Numbered from the stretch's first letter, positions 1 to 10,354 are shown. The stretch: DNA of 32,000 nt from Anaerobacillus isosaccharinicus (GCF_001866075.4 NZ_CP063356.2:826164-858163), one strand, 5' to 3'. The notes: generated from the sequence alone by a model not told the origin. Translations and numbers: made by a program.

Positions 1-19
1 TGAATAAATTAAAAAGAAA

Positions 20-65
20 GAAAGAAGGAGTGAATAAAAGTAACATTCAACCCTTCTTTCTTTTT
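20..65. terminator. Probable bidirectional intrinsic terminator
   Basis: GAAAGAAGG (20-28) pairs with CCTTCTTTC (52-60), flanked by A-rich and T-rich tracts. Confidence 0.6.
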
Positions 66-246
66 ATTCTCTAGTTTCATTATAACCGGCAGTGAAGATT
101 GAGGCTAGAAATGCAATTATGACTAGCAAAATTACCGGTGATTTCGGATAGTCTGCAGCATGAGCAAACTTCATAACAACGATATAATGGATCGGTAAAA
201 TTAAAAAAGCAAATATCGTAACAACTACAATTGCAAATAATCTCAT
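64..246 (-). CDS. Small two-helix membrane protein, unknown function
   Basis: 60 aa ORF with two hydrophobic segments and a GAG-type ribosome-binding site upstream on the minus strand. Confidence 0.55.
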   Translation of the reverse strand: MRLFAIVVVTIFAFLILPIHYIVVMKFAHAADYPKSPVILLVIIAFLASIFTAGYNETRE

Positions 247-315
247 CGTAAACTCCTTTAAACGATTTTTCTACCGTTAGTGTTTACGTTTTTTTTAGTT
301 TTAACATAAGAATTG

Positions 316-804
316 TTATGTTATTGTTTTTAGAATGTCTTCTAAAGACATATCAGATGTAAGTGAGTAAACTCCAGCTTTAATTTTAGTTTCTAACCCA
401 TTTCGACTCACGTATTCCTCAAATACAGATCTATCTGCTATAAGACCACTTTCTTCAAGTGATTGAGCAACGCTCCCACTACTCATTCCTGGTTCGATCG
501 TAAAAGTAATTTCTTTGACAACTACTCGTTCAATAACTTTTTCAGGCGAAGACGGGGCACTTTCTATAACTTCTTCAGAAGCTAAATTGCCTTCAAGTAA
601 TTGTTCATACTCAAGTTTATCAATAGCTACTAATCCATGATCTTGTAAATAATCTTCTAAGTCTTGCTCTGTAAAATTCATCTTTTCCTCACTAGGTTTC
701 TCTTTAATTACAAGAAAGTTATCTGTAAAATAAAAGTTATAGGCTAGTAGTAAAGTTGTAAGAAGAATTCCAGTGGCAATTCCTTGTAACATTTTTTTCG
801 TCAT
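316..804 (-). CDS. YceG-like domain protein (membrane anchored)
   Basis: N-terminal TM; C-terminal FTIEPGMSSGSVAQSLEESGLIADRSVFEEYVSRNGLETKIKAGVYSLTSDMSLEDILKTIT matches the YceG/MltG-like N-terminal module. AAAGGAG upstream. Confidence 0.75.
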   Translation of the reverse strand: MTKKMLQGIATGILLTTLLLAYNFYFTDNFLVIKEKPSEEKMNFTEQDLEDYLQDHGLVAIDKLEYEQLLEGNLASEEVIESAPSSPEKVIERVVVKEITFTIEPGMSSGSVAQSLEESGLIADRSVFEEYVSRNGLETKIKAGVYSLTSDMSLEDILKTIT

Positions 805-869
805 CTTGTTCTCCTTTTACTTAAAGAAAAGTTATTTCTTTCTGGCACTTTCGAAGGATGTGCTTAGAA

Positions 870-1226
870 TTAACCTAATATTTCTTGGATTTTTTCAATA
901 CTAAGCCCAGTTATCTCTTCTATTTCCTCTAGAGAATGGCCATCTTCATATAATGCTAATATTTTATCACGATCATAAGTTAACATACGGTCTTGGCTGT
1001 TAGTAAAATAACGATCGTCTTGACCTATCAAAATTTCTTCTTCTAGTATTTTTATTTTCTTTTTAAGTTGATATATTTCTTGCATTAATGTAATTGAAAA
1101 ATTTTCAATTTGTGTTTCGACTTCCTTATTTCGGTCTTTCTTTACAAAAGATACGATAAATAAAAGAATTGATAAAGAAAATAAAGCAATTATTGTATAT
1201 TCCATCTGTATACCTCCCTTGTCCAA
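870..1226 (-). CDS. Membrane-anchored coiled-coil protein with C-terminal HTH-like segment (DUF6115-like)
   Basis: N-terminal TM, coiled coil, then ILALYEDGHSLEEIEEITGLSIEKIQEI. AGGGAGG upstream. Confidence 0.6.
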   Translation of the reverse strand: MDKGGIQMEYTIIALFSLSILLFIVSFVKKDRNKEVETQIENFSITLMQEIYQLKKKIKILEEEILIGQDDRYFTNSQDRMLTYDRDKILALYEDGHSLEEIEEITGLSIEKIQEILG

Positions 1227-1658
1227 TACTATTCATTTATATCATAAATGATAAAAATAACAAGACGTGTGAAAAAATTGGTATTATTTTACGATGTTTT
1301 TGAATATTAAGGTATTATTTTTCTTGAAAAATTAAGAAAGCTGTCGGAATTGGGCAGAATAGATAAAGTTGTTTTAATTGGAAATTAGTCCTTTTTGTCG
1401 ACTGATCTGAAATAGGATAATTTTTCTTGTTGGTTTAGTCAAAAGATGAAGAATAAAAAAATATATAGCCGAATAACTTGGGGTTTTGTATAGGGCAGAC
1501 ATTTTTCTACAAAATAGACTTCTTGTTGCCTGTTTCTAACAATTGTAAGATGTAACTAGATACTTTTCTAAAGTGACATTTTTTTTAATTACATTACATA
1601 TATTTATAGCTTTATAAATAAAAAAACGATTTGTACTCATACCTGAGGTGAAAGCAGC

Positions 1659-2324
1659 TTGATCAGTGAAATAATTAAATTGAAAAACGATGGTTTGTCT
1701 ATAAAACAAATTGCAACTGAGTTAAATATACCGGTTAGTAAGATACAATATCGCTGGAATAAACATCGAAAAGAACAAAGTGAAGTTGGTTCCAGTAATG
1801 TTCAAAAAAAGGTTCAAACGAATAACCTAAATAAAAAATCCGATGCCAAAGTACATGATGATCATAAACAAACGAATCAATGTGTCTTAATGGCTCAATC
1901 TCCCAGAACACTTTTTTGTTATTGGAAGGTATCAAGTCATAAAATAAATGCCACTCTCCATCATCTAAATGAAAAGTGGTGTTCACTAGAAAGAAAAATA
2001 AGAATTTATGATATTACTTCGATTCTCTTTCGAGGAGATAACGCACACCGCTATCAAGAATTTTCACTTCCTATAAATTGTACTGATTGGTTTTTCTATC
2101 ACTTAATTCCTAATCGAACATATTGTGTCGATATTGGTGTTGTTTCGAAAGATGGAAACTTTTTTCCTCTACTTCGTTCCAACCCAATTGATACTCCTAG
2201 GTCAACTTCGTATGAAACGGGCCTTTATACAAATGGGGTTTCAAAATGGAAAGAGGGTAAATGTAACGAGCCTGAATGGTTAGAAGGTTATAGTAGTTAT
2301 TCCTACTATGAAAAATTAAAGTAA
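1659..2324 (+). CDS. N-terminal HTH-like segment plus DUF4912 domain protein
   Basis: TTG start after GAGGTG. N-term LKNDGLSIKQIATELNIPVSKIQYRWNKH; DUF4912-like core SPRTLFCYWKVS...RKIRIYDIT...SNPIDTPRS. Confidence 0.7.
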   Translation: MISEIIKLKNDGLSIKQIATELNIPVSKIQYRWNKHRKEQSEVGSSNVQKKVQTNNLNKKSDAKVHDDHKQTNQCVLMAQSPRTLFCYWKVSSHKINATLHHLNEKWCSLERKIRIYDITSILFRGDNAHRYQEFSLPINCTDWFFYHLIPNRTYCVDIGVVSKDGNFFPLLRSNPIDTPRSTSYETGLYTNGVSKWKEGKCNEPEWLEGYSSYSYYEKLK

Positions 2325-2337
2325 GGGGGCTGGTTAC

Positions 2338-5127
2338 GTGGTAAATGGCTATTATTCAATTGTACTACATGCACACATACCTTTTGTAAGGCACCGAGAA
2401 AAAGAGAGGCTTGAAGAGCGTTGGTTGTTTGAAGCAATCGCTGAAACATATATTCCTCTATTATGGAATTTAGAAGAACAAGAAATTAAAAGTCCCGCTA
2501 TAACCATTTCTTTTTCAACACCTTTAATGGAAATGCTTGCTGACCCTCTTATGCAGAGAAGGTTTTTACATAACATTGAAAATATTCAGTCCCTGCTAAA
2601 CAAAGAAGTAAGAAGAGCAGAAACTGTTGTTGAAGAAGCGGATTTAGTAGACTTTTATATGAAACGGATTGCAAAAATTAAGAATACATTTTTAAAATAT
2701 GAACAAAACCTTCTAAAAGGATTTAAAAAGTTTGTGGATGAAGGAAAGCTAGTTTGTATATGTAGCTCTGCTACACATGCCTTTTTACCTTATTTACAAA
2801 CAAAAGAAGGGGTAAGAGCTCAAATTGTTCACGGTATCAGAACGTTTACAAAACATTTTGGAATGAAACCTAAAGGATTTTGGCTACCAGAGTGTGGATT
2901 CTCTCCTGGTATCGATCGCATTTTGTTTGAAGAAGGAATTCGCTATTCATTCGTTGACGAGCATGCCTTACTGTATGCAGACCCAACTCCTTCTAATGGG
3001 ACTGGAGCTCCTATATATTCCCCCCATGGGATTATGCTATTTCCACGTAACTCAAAATTGTCTAATCAAGTTTGGAGTTCAGTTAATGGTTACCCAGGTG
3101 ACTTTGATTATCGTGAATTTTACCGTGATATTGCCTATGACCGTGATTGGGAGTATATAAAGCCATACATGCATTCAAAAGGACATCGATTTGATTCGGG
3201 TCTTAAATATCAGCGGGTCACTGGCAATACAGAGGAAAAGGATTATTATTGTCGTGAAAATGCTTTATTGAAGACGAAAGAACATAGTCATCATTTCCTT
3301 AAATCTATTAAAGAACAACTAGCTGCTAATGAAGAGCAGTGTTTCCCTCCTTACTTGATTGTAACCCCATTTGATGCTGAACTATTTGGACATTGGTGGT
3401 TTGAGGGGCCAGATTGGCTAAATCAGTTGATAACAGATGGTAGTAACGAAGTAAATTTTATTACTCCTGAAGCTTTTTTAGAGCGGCATTATCAAGATTT
3501 AGAAACTGCACATGTGTCTTTTAACACTTGGGGAAGAAATGGGTTTGGTGAGGTTTGGTTAAATGAGAAAAATAGTTGGATTTATCCACAGTTACATCGT
3601 ATCGAAAAAGATTTAATTCATCTTGTTACGGAGTATAAAAAACAAGGAACTCAGGTTGAGCGTTGCTTAAAGCAAATGGTACGGGAATGGATGTTAGCAA
3701 CGAGTAGTGATTGGCCTTTCATACTTGATAGTAACAGTGCTACTCAATATGCAAATAGTCGTCTTAAGGAGCATATAAACCGCTATGACCAATTAAGAGA
3801 TTTCCTTGTGAACGAAAAATTAAATCACGAAATCTTAACGGAGTTTGAAGCAGAGTATCCATTTTTAAATGAGATCGTGCTAGATATACTTACTTCAAAC
3901 CATGATGATTATGTTTTGAGGGAAATAAAGGCCAAACAGGTAAAAAAACAGAGAAAGACAATCCTAATGTTAGCTTGGGAATATCCGCCAATGGTGGTAG
4001 GCGGTCTATCAAGGCATGTGTTTGATTTATCGAGAGCACTTGTGAAAGATGGTTGTGAGATTCACGTCATTACTACTGCAGTTTTAGGGCATCCAGATTA
4101 TGAAATAATGAATGGCGTTCATGTTCATCGTGTGAGTAGTTTACAGCCAAATGCAGATGAGTTTTATCACTGGGTTGGGATTCTAAATCTTAGTTTTATA
4201 GATTGTGCACTTGAGCTAGCAAAAGGAATTCATTTTGACCTAATCCATGCACATGACTGGCTTGTTTGTGTAGCAGCAAAATCATTAAAAGAGCAGTTGA
4301 GTTTGCCAATTGTTGCTACTATTCATGCTACAGAGCATGGCAGAAACAATGGGATTTACACAGAGTTACAGCAAAAAATCTCACAAAAAGAATGGGAATT
4401 AACCTTTGAGGCAAATAAAGTCATTGTTTGCAGTCAGTATATGAAAGAAGAAGTAATGAGAGTTTTCCAGTTGCCTTTGGAGAAGATTGAGGTTATTCCC
4501 AATGGTGTAGACGTTGAGATGATTACAGGAGTTGAAGAAAGTTGGAAACGAACATATGGTAAAGAAAGCGATTTTTTCATTTTTTCCGTTGGGAGAATCG
4601 TAAAAGAAAAAGGCTTTCAAACCATTATAGATGCCGCTCCAACTATTGTTAGCCAGTATCCAAATGTTAAATTCATCATCGCAGGAAAAGGGCCGCTTCT
4701 AGACGATTACCGTAATCAAGTAGTTCAAAAAGGCTTAAAAAATTGTGTTTATTTCATCGGCTTCATCGATGATAAGCTAAGAAATCAAATGTTTCATGGG
4801 TGTGACATATGTTTATTTCCTAGTTACTATGAACCATTTGGCATCGTTGCTCTAGAAGGAATGATTGCTGGTAAGCCAACCATTGTCTCTGATACGGGTG
4901 GTTTAGGGGAGATTATAAGTCATGAAAAAACGGGTTTAACCATTTATCCTAGTGACGTTCAAAGCTTAGTAAATCAAATTGCTAATTGTATCGATAATGA
5001 AGATCTAGCAAAGGAAATAGCTAAAAATGGAAAGATGCTCGCTGAAACAAAATATAGTTGGGAAGCGATTTCCAAAGAAACAATTTTAGTTTATGAAGCG
5101 AGCCTGGCTTTAATGGAAGTTAACTGA
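2338..5127 (+). CDS. Bifunctional GH57 (alpha-glucan branching enzyme type, DUF1957) - GT4 glycosyltransferase
   Basis: GH57: VLHAHIPFVRH, GFWLPECGFSPG, TPFDAELFGHWWFEGPDWL. GT4: MLAWEYPPMVVGGLSRHV, HAHDW, VGRIVKEKGFQTII, YYEPFGIVALEGM. Confidence 0.9.
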   Translation: MVNGYYSIVLHAHIPFVRHREKERLEERWLFEAIAETYIPLLWNLEEQEIKSPAITISFSTPLMEMLADPLMQRRFLHNIENIQSLLNKEVRRAETVVEEADLVDFYMKRIAKIKNTFLKYEQNLLKGFKKFVDEGKLVCICSSATHAFLPYLQTKEGVRAQIVHGIRTFTKHFGMKPKGFWLPECGFSPGIDRILFEEGIRYSFVDEHALLYADPTPSNGTGAPIYSPHGIMLFPRNSKLSNQVWSSVNGYPGDFDYREFYRDIAYDRDWEYIKPYMHSKGHRFDSGLKYQRVTGNTEEKDYYCRENALLKTKEHSHHFLKSIKEQLAANEEQCFPPYLIVTPFDAELFGHWWFEGPDWLNQLITDGSNEVNFITPEAFLERHYQDLETAHVSFNTWGRNGFGEVWLNEKNSWIYPQLHRIEKDLIHLVTEYKKQGTQVERCLKQMVREWMLATSSDWPFILDSNSATQYANSRLKEHINRYDQLRDFLVNEKLNHEILTEFEAEYPFLNEIVLDILTSNHDDYVLREIKAKQVKKQRKTILMLAWEYPPMVVGGLSRHVFDLSRALVKDGCEIHVITTAVLGHPDYEIMNGVHVHRVSSLQPNADEFYHWVGILNLSFIDCALELAKGIHFDLIHAHDWLVCVAAKSLKEQLSLPIVATIHATEHGRNNGIYTELQQKISQKEWELTFEANKVIVCSQYMKEEVMRVFQLPLEKIEVIPNGVDVEMITGVEESWKRTYGKESDFFIFSVGRIVKEKGFQTIIDAAPTIVSQYPNVKFIIAGKGPLLDDYRNQVVQKGLKNCVYFIGFIDDKLRNQMFHGCDICLFPSYYEPFGIVALEGMIAGKPTIVSDTGGLGEIISHEKTGLTIYPSDVQSLVNQIANCIDNEDLAKEIAKNGKMLAETKYSWEAISKETILVYEASLALMEVN

Positions 5128-5294
5128 GTGAACCTTCATAAATACCAAATAGGAGCCATATCAAACTAAGTAACTTAATGGTAATAATATGGAATTATGA
5201 AATTCATTAATAAACAGAAATCTAGCATTCTACTAAAGGTAGGTAAATAAATTAAGTATTTTTTGAAATTGAATGGATTGGGGGGTTAATGTAG

Positions 5295-7736
5295 ATGAAA
5301 GCTGTTATTATGGCAGGTGGAAAAGGAACACGCCTTCGTCCTTTAACTTGTAACATTCCAAAACCAATGGTTCCACTTGTTCATAAACCGGTAATGGAGT
5401 ATTCAATCGAATTATTAAAAAAGTATGGAATTACTGAGATAGCAGTCACCTTGCAATATTTACCTGATGTAATTAAGGACTACTTTGGTGATGGTAGCCA
5501 ATTTGGAGTTAAATTGCATTATTTTGTGGAGAAATTGCCGTTAGGTACTGCTGGAAGTATAAAAAATGCACAAAAATTTTTAGATGAACGTTTTGTGGTT
5601 ATTAGTGGCGATGGTTTAACAGATTTCAATCTTTCAAAAGGAATCCAGTTCCATCTTGAAAAAAATGCACTTGCAACTATTTTCATGAAACAAGTTGAAA
5701 CCCCACTTGATTATGGTGTGATTTTGACGAATGAAAATAATGAAGTTGTTAGGTTTATAGAAAAACCAAATTGGAATGAGGTATTTAGTGATACCGTTAA
5801 TACAGGAATTTATGTGTTAGAGCCTGAAATTTTCACTTTTTTAGAGGAAGGCGTACCGACTGATTTTAGTAAAGATACGTTCCCATTGTTAATGAAAGAA
5901 AAACAGGCGATATTTGGTTTTAAAGCAGATGGTTATTGGTCCGATGTTGGTAATCTCTACTCTTATCGAGAAACTCAGTTTGATATGCTAAAGAAGAAAG
6001 TTCAGGTTTCACTACTTGGTAATGAAACTAATGAAGGCATTTGGATTGGGAAAAATGTCCACATTGAAGATGATGTAACTTTAAATGGGCCTATTTCAAT
6101 AGGTGATGGTACAGTCATTCGCTCAGGATCGATTTTAGATGGGCAATGCATCATAGGTAAGCATTCTATCCTTTCAACAAATTGCACGTTAAAAAAGTCG
6201 ATATTATGGAATGATATTTACGTTGGAGATAGTAGTGAATTAAGAGGTACAACCATTTGTAAAGGAACAAAATTAGAAAATTCTGCTTCGCTCTATGAAG
6301 CTTCTGTCATAGGTGAGCAATGTACAATTGCTTCCAATGCCATCATTAAACCTGAAGTAAAAGTATGGCCGAATAAAACAATTGAAGAATCAGCTATTGT
6401 TCATACGTCTTTAATATGGGGGAAAAAGATTACAAGATCCCTTTTTAACGGGAGAGGGGTATCGGGTTTAGCCAATGTGGAAATTACACCTGATTTCTTC
6501 GCAAGGCTGGCGTCCGCATATGGGGCTGTATTGCCACAAGGAGGCAAAATTGTCTTAGGCTCTGATAGTTATTCGATTACGAATTTAATGAAATCATCTT
6601 TTCAAACCGGGATATTGTCTGCAGGTATTAGCACGGTTGATATTGGTATAACAATACCCCCAATCGTTCGTTTTACGGTGGAAAGAGAACCTGTCATTGG
6701 CGGGGTATATTTCCGTTTTGTAAATCGTAATGGTGAAATGCAAATTTCTGCTGAGTTTTATGATGGTAAAGGCTATCCCATCTCTGCAGAACTTGAAAGA
6801 AAAATTGAAAATGCTTTTTGGCAGGAGGATTATCGTCGCGCCTCTTTTGACCAAATTGGTTTTAGCGCATCGGTAAATAATGTTGAAGATAGCTATATAA
6901 ACAGTTTAATTAGTTTGATTTCGATAAAACAAATTAAAAATGCAAATTTAAAAGTTATTATTGGCTTTGAGCACTGTCATCATTTCTACTTCGTACCTAA
7001 ATTGCTTGAAAAATTAAATTGTGAGATCTACACAGTACCAAATCACAAAGCCCCAATCGAATTATCCAAATATGTCCAAGGAGTTGGAGGGGATTTAGGA
7101 ATTTTAATTGGGGAAACAGGAGAGTTCTTAAAGGTGATTACCGAAGAAGGGGAAATAGTAGCAGATGAAACGATGTTAGCTCTTTATATTATGCTCCATT
7201 TTTATGAGAAAAAAGAGGGAATTATGGCAATACCACATCATGGCTCTAGTGAATTAGATATCTTAGCCAAAAGATTAGGTGGGAAAATTGTTCGAACAAA
7301 AGCTGATCCAAGATCAATTATGGAAAAAGAAGGAAGTGTGTTCACTTATTTATTTGATGCTCAGTACGCGTTTATTCACATTGTCGAAATGATGACCAAA
7401 CAAAATATAAAGTTATCACAACTTATTAAGATGTTGCCAAGTATTCATTTATTAAGTGAGTCCGTTTATTGTCCTAAAACTGCTAAAGGGTTAGTGATGA
7501 GAATTCTTATGCAAGAAAATAGTCAGTCCAAGATTGAGTTATTAGATGGAATAAAAGTTCACCATCCTGATGGTGGCTGGACATTGATTTTACCTGACCG
7601 TGAAAAGCCAGTGTTTACTGTCTATTCACAGGCCAAAGATTTAAACATAGCTAGACAACAGTCGTCAAATTACGTCAAGAAAATTCTAAATATTCAAAAG
7701 TATCAAGATTTAGAAACGGTAGGTGATAATAAATGA
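5295..7736 (+). CDS. NDP-sugar pyrophosphorylase (mannose-1-phosphate guanylyltransferase-like) fused to LbH repeats and a phosphomannomutase-like domain
   Basis: [29 protein letters not shown]-terminus; hexapeptide-repeat middle; C-terminal half follows the phosphohexomutase fold but with degenerate active-site motifs. Strong GGGGG upstream. Confidence 0.85.
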   Translation: MKAVIMAGGKGTRLRPLTCNIPKPMVPLVHKPVMEYSIELLKKYGITEIAVTLQYLPDVIKDYFGDGSQFGVKLHYFVEKLPLGTAGSIKNAQKFLDERFVVISGDGLTDFNLSKGIQFHLEKNALATIFMKQVETPLDYGVILTNENNEVVRFIEKPNWNEVFSDTVNTGIYVLEPEIFTFLEEGVPTDFSKDTFPLLMKEKQAIFGFKADGYWSDVGNLYSYRETQFDMLKKKVQVSLLGNETNEGIWIGKNVHIEDDVTLNGPISIGDGTVIRSGSILDGQCIIGKHSILSTNCTLKKSILWNDIYVGDSSELRGTTICKGTKLENSASLYEASVIGEQCTIASNAIIKPEVKVWPNKTIEESAIVHTSLIWGKKITRSLFNGRGVSGLANVEITPDFFARLASAYGAVLPQGGKIVLGSDSYSITNLMKSSFQTGILSAGISTVDIGITIPPIVRFTVEREPVIGGVYFRFVNRNGEMQISAEFYDGKGYPISAELERKIENAFWQEDYRRASFDQIGFSASVNNVEDSYINSLISLISIKQIKNANLKVIIGFEHCHHFYFVPKLLEKLNCEIYTVPNHKAPIELSKYVQGVGGDLGILIGETGEFLKVITEEGEIVADETMLALYIMLHFYEKKEGIMAIPHHGSSELDILAKRLGGKIVRTKADPRSIMEKEGSVFTYLFDAQYAFIHIVEMMTKQNIKLSQLIKMLPSIHLLSESVYCPKTAKGLVMRILMQENSQSKIELLDGIKVHHPDGGWTLILPDREKPVFTVYSQAKDLNIARQQSSNYVKKILNIQKYQDLETVGDNK

Positions 7737-8359
7737 AGTACATTCATAATAAGGAACAATGCAAATTAAAGTATGGTGTATGGGTTGATGGTTTTTTTAC
7801 ATGGTTAGATAGAGATGGCTGGATATGTGAAACTAACGGTAGCAATCAGCAAAAAGTATTTACTAATCATAGAATCAACCTTTCAATCACAATACTACCA
7901 ATGTTTTATGGTGAAACGATGCTTCAAGTCATTACTATTCAAAATTCATACGATAAAAATAGAGAGATAAGGCTTTTCTTTACCCAGGATCTCATGGAGT
8001 TTGCCGAAGAGAGTATTACATTTTATGCTCCATCAGTCCAAGCAATCGTCCGCTCTTATAATGATCATTACTTATTATTAAATGGCGTTATGAATAACCG
8101 CGGTATCGTTCAATATTGTACTGATTTTGATGAGTTTTGTCCGTTAAATGAAGGTATCGTTATGATGCAACCATTTTCGCAATGTAGTGAAGTAAGTATT
8201 ATTAGCTTGGAAGGTGAAATAGAGGCTAATCAAAGGATTGAAGCCTATTTTTGGATATGTGAAGGTAAAAATGAAAACGAAGTTCTAAACAGTAATACGA
8301 TTACACAGTTAAACCTTCCTCTAGTTAATTGCGAAACACAATTATGTTCGAAATACTAA
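7733..8359 (+). CDS. Hypothetical protein, last gene of glycan operon
   Basis: 208 aa ORF overlapping the preceding stop codon by 4 nt (ATGA), implying translational coupling. No family recognised. Confidence 0.7.
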   Translation: MKYIHNKEQCKLKYGVWVDGFFTWLDRDGWICETNGSNQQKVFTNHRINLSITILPMFYGETMLQVITIQNSYDKNREIRLFFTQDLMEFAEESITFYAPSVQAIVRSYNDHYLLLNGVMNNRGIVQYCTDFDEFCPLNEGIVMMQPFSQCSEVSIISLEGEIEANQRIEAYFWICEGKNENEVLNSNTITQLNLPLVNCETQLCSKY

Positions 8360-8444
8360 TAAAAAGAAGTACTTGATTGTTAGCATGTATTTTGCTATTA
8401 TTTAAAAGTATGATTGAAGTAAAGCATGTTTGGAGGGATAACGA

Positions 8445-8594
8445 ATGCGTGTAAATATTACATTAGCTTGTACAGAAACTGGTGATCGTAACTATATCAC
8501 TACTAAAAATAAACGTAATAACCCAGACCGTCTTGAGTTAAAGAAATATAGCCCAAGATTAAAGAAATATACTGTGCATCGCGAAACTAAGTAA
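8445..8594 (+). CDS. rpmG: 50S ribosomal protein L33
   Basis: Absent from the ORF track. Translates as [55 protein letters not shown] ribosome-binding site. Confidence 0.97.
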   Translation: MRVNITLACTETGDRNYITTKNKRNNPDRLELKKYSPRLKKYTVHRETK

Positions 8595-8620
8595 GCAGAC
8601 TTGTCTGCTTATTTTTTTTT
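8592..8620 (+). terminator. Intrinsic terminator of rpmG
   Basis: TAAGCAGAC-TT-GTCTGCTTA followed by a run of T. Confidence 0.9.
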
Positions 8621-8775
8621 ATATTTTTTTAGAGTAATGATACGGATTTCTCATTGTTAAAAACACTTTTGTGGGTTTTTGATAATTATGAAATTTACTC
8701 GAATATTTAACTTTGATAAAAGAATAAAGTATAATAAAAATTAAGCTGGAAAATTAGTGTATTCAAGGTGATAAA

Positions 8776-9318
8776 ATGAATAAAGGAAATGTACGTGAAG
8801 AGATAAAAAAAAAGTTACTAGAGATGAATGATATAGACTATTGGGCGCTATCTACAAGGATTAAGGACGAGCTCATTAATAGCAATGAATGGGCAGAGGC
8901 ATTGACGATTGGATTAACCATCTCTACTGGCAGAGAAGTTGATACAAAAGAAATTATTGAAGAAGGATGGCGGCAAAACAAGCGCATTGTTGTTCCGAAA
9001 TGTTTTCCTAAAAACAGGGAGTTGAGGTTTTATCAATTTAACTCTTTTCAAGAAGTTGAGGACAGCTTTTATTCATTAAAAGAACCAATTATTTCAGTCA
9101 CTCCTTATGTACCAAAAAATGAGATTGATCTTATGGTTGTCCCAGGTATTGTTTATGACAAAAGAGGGTTTCGTATCGGTTATGGTGGTGGCTATTATGA
9201 CCGCTACTTGTCTAATTATACAAATAAAACAATATCTCTTGCTTTTGGACTTCAAATTGTTGACGAAGTACCCGTTGAAGAACATGATGTTGCTGTAGAG
9301 AAATTAATTAGCATATAA
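8776..9318 (+). CDS. 5-formyltetrahydrofolate cyclo-ligase (YqgN-like)
   Basis: VVPGIVYDKRGFRIGYGGGYYDRYL motif. Confidence 0.93.
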   Translation: MNKGNVREEIKKKLLEMNDIDYWALSTRIKDELINSNEWAEALTIGLTISTGREVDTKEIIEEGWRQNKRIVVPKCFPKNRELRFYQFNSFQEVEDSFYSLKEPIISVTPYVPKNEIDLMVVPGIVYDKRGFRIGYGGGYYDRYLSNYTNKTISLAFGLQIVDEVPVEEHDVAVEKLISI

Positions 9319-9337
9319 AGGGTTTGGAGGATATTTA

Positions 9338-10354
9338 ATGGAAAATTTAGAGCGTTATTCTAGACAAATACTATTTCAGCCTATTGGAGAAGAAGGGCAA
9401 AAAAAACTTGCGACTAAGAAAGTCCTAATTGTGGGAATGGGGGCACTAGGGACGGTTTTAGCTAATCATCTTGTTCGTGCAGGGGTTGGCCACGTTCGGT
9501 TTGCGGATCGGGATTATGTTGAGAAAAGCAATTTACAAAGGCAAATGCTCTTTGATGAGGATGATGTAGTTGAAGCTTTACCCAAAGCCATTGCTGCCGA
9601 AAAGCGTTTAAAGAAAATAAACTCTGACGTAACTGTTGAAGGGATTGTTACCGATGTAACTCTGCAAAACATAGCTGAATTAATGGATGGTGTTGATCTA
9701 GTTTTAGACGGTACAGATAATTTTCAGACTCGCTTTTTAATAAATGATGCTTGTTATAAAAATGAGATCCCTTTTGTCTATGGTGGAGCTGTAAGTTCGA
9801 GAGGTATGTCAGCAATCTTTATCCCTGGAGTTACTCCTTGCCTACGTTGTTTTATCGGTGGAGGAAACTCAACAGGGCAGACCTGTGATACGATTGGGGT
9901 CATATCACCTGTAGTTGATATTGTAGCTTCATTCCAAACGATCGAAGCGTTGAAGTATTTAACGGACAATCATGAAGTTCAACGGAAAAGTTTAATAACT
10001 TTTGATGTATGGAAGCATCATATGTATGAAATGAAATTTTCAAAAAGCAAAGAAAATTGTCCTACTTGTAGCCTACATGAGTACCCTGCACTTGAAGGAG
10101 ACAGTGAACAAACAGTGACATCCCTTTGTGGAAGAGAAACGGTTCAAATAAATATGGGACAGAAATTAGATTTAGATGAGTGGGCGGAGAAATTAAAAAA
10201 AGTTGCAAAAGTTTCAAAAACCCCATTTTTAATTCGAGTTGAGTTAGTTGAAGGTGAAAGATTAGTTTTATTCCCTGACGGTAGAACACTTATACAAGGG
10301 ACAGAGGATATTACTAGAGCTAAGACTTTATACGCAAGATATATCGGTTTGTAA
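9338..10354 (+). CDS. thiF: ThiF/MoeB-family sulfur-carrier adenylyltransferase
   Basis: RYSRQILFQPIGEEGQKKLATKKVLIVGMGALGTVLANHLVRAGVG; zinc ligands CLRC...CPTC. Confidence 0.85.
   Translation: MENLERYSRQILFQPIGEEGQKKLATKKVLIVGMGALGTVLANHLVRAGVGHVRFADRDYVEKSNLQRQMLFDEDDVVEALPKAIAAEKRLKKINSDVTVEGIVTDVTLQNIAELMDGVDLVLDGTDNFQTRFLINDACYKNEIPFVYGGAVSSRGMSAIFIPGVTPCLRCFIGGGNSTGQTCDTIGVISPVVDIVASFQTIEALKYLTDNHEVQRKSLITFDVWKHHMYEMKFSKSKENCPTCSLHEYPALEGDSEQTVTSLCGRETVQINMGQKLDLDEWAEKLKKVAKVSKTPFLIRVELVEGERLVLFPDGRTLIQGTEDITRAKTLYARYIGL

Noticed and set aside
1735-1986. Antisense small ORFs inside larger genes (1735-1986, 2352-2576, 2894-3160, 4399-4620, 6002-6187, 6594-6854, 9094-9298, 9778-9969, 10062-10289 and similar)
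   Set aside because: They are shadow ORFs within genes with recognisable domains and lack independent RBS or motif support.
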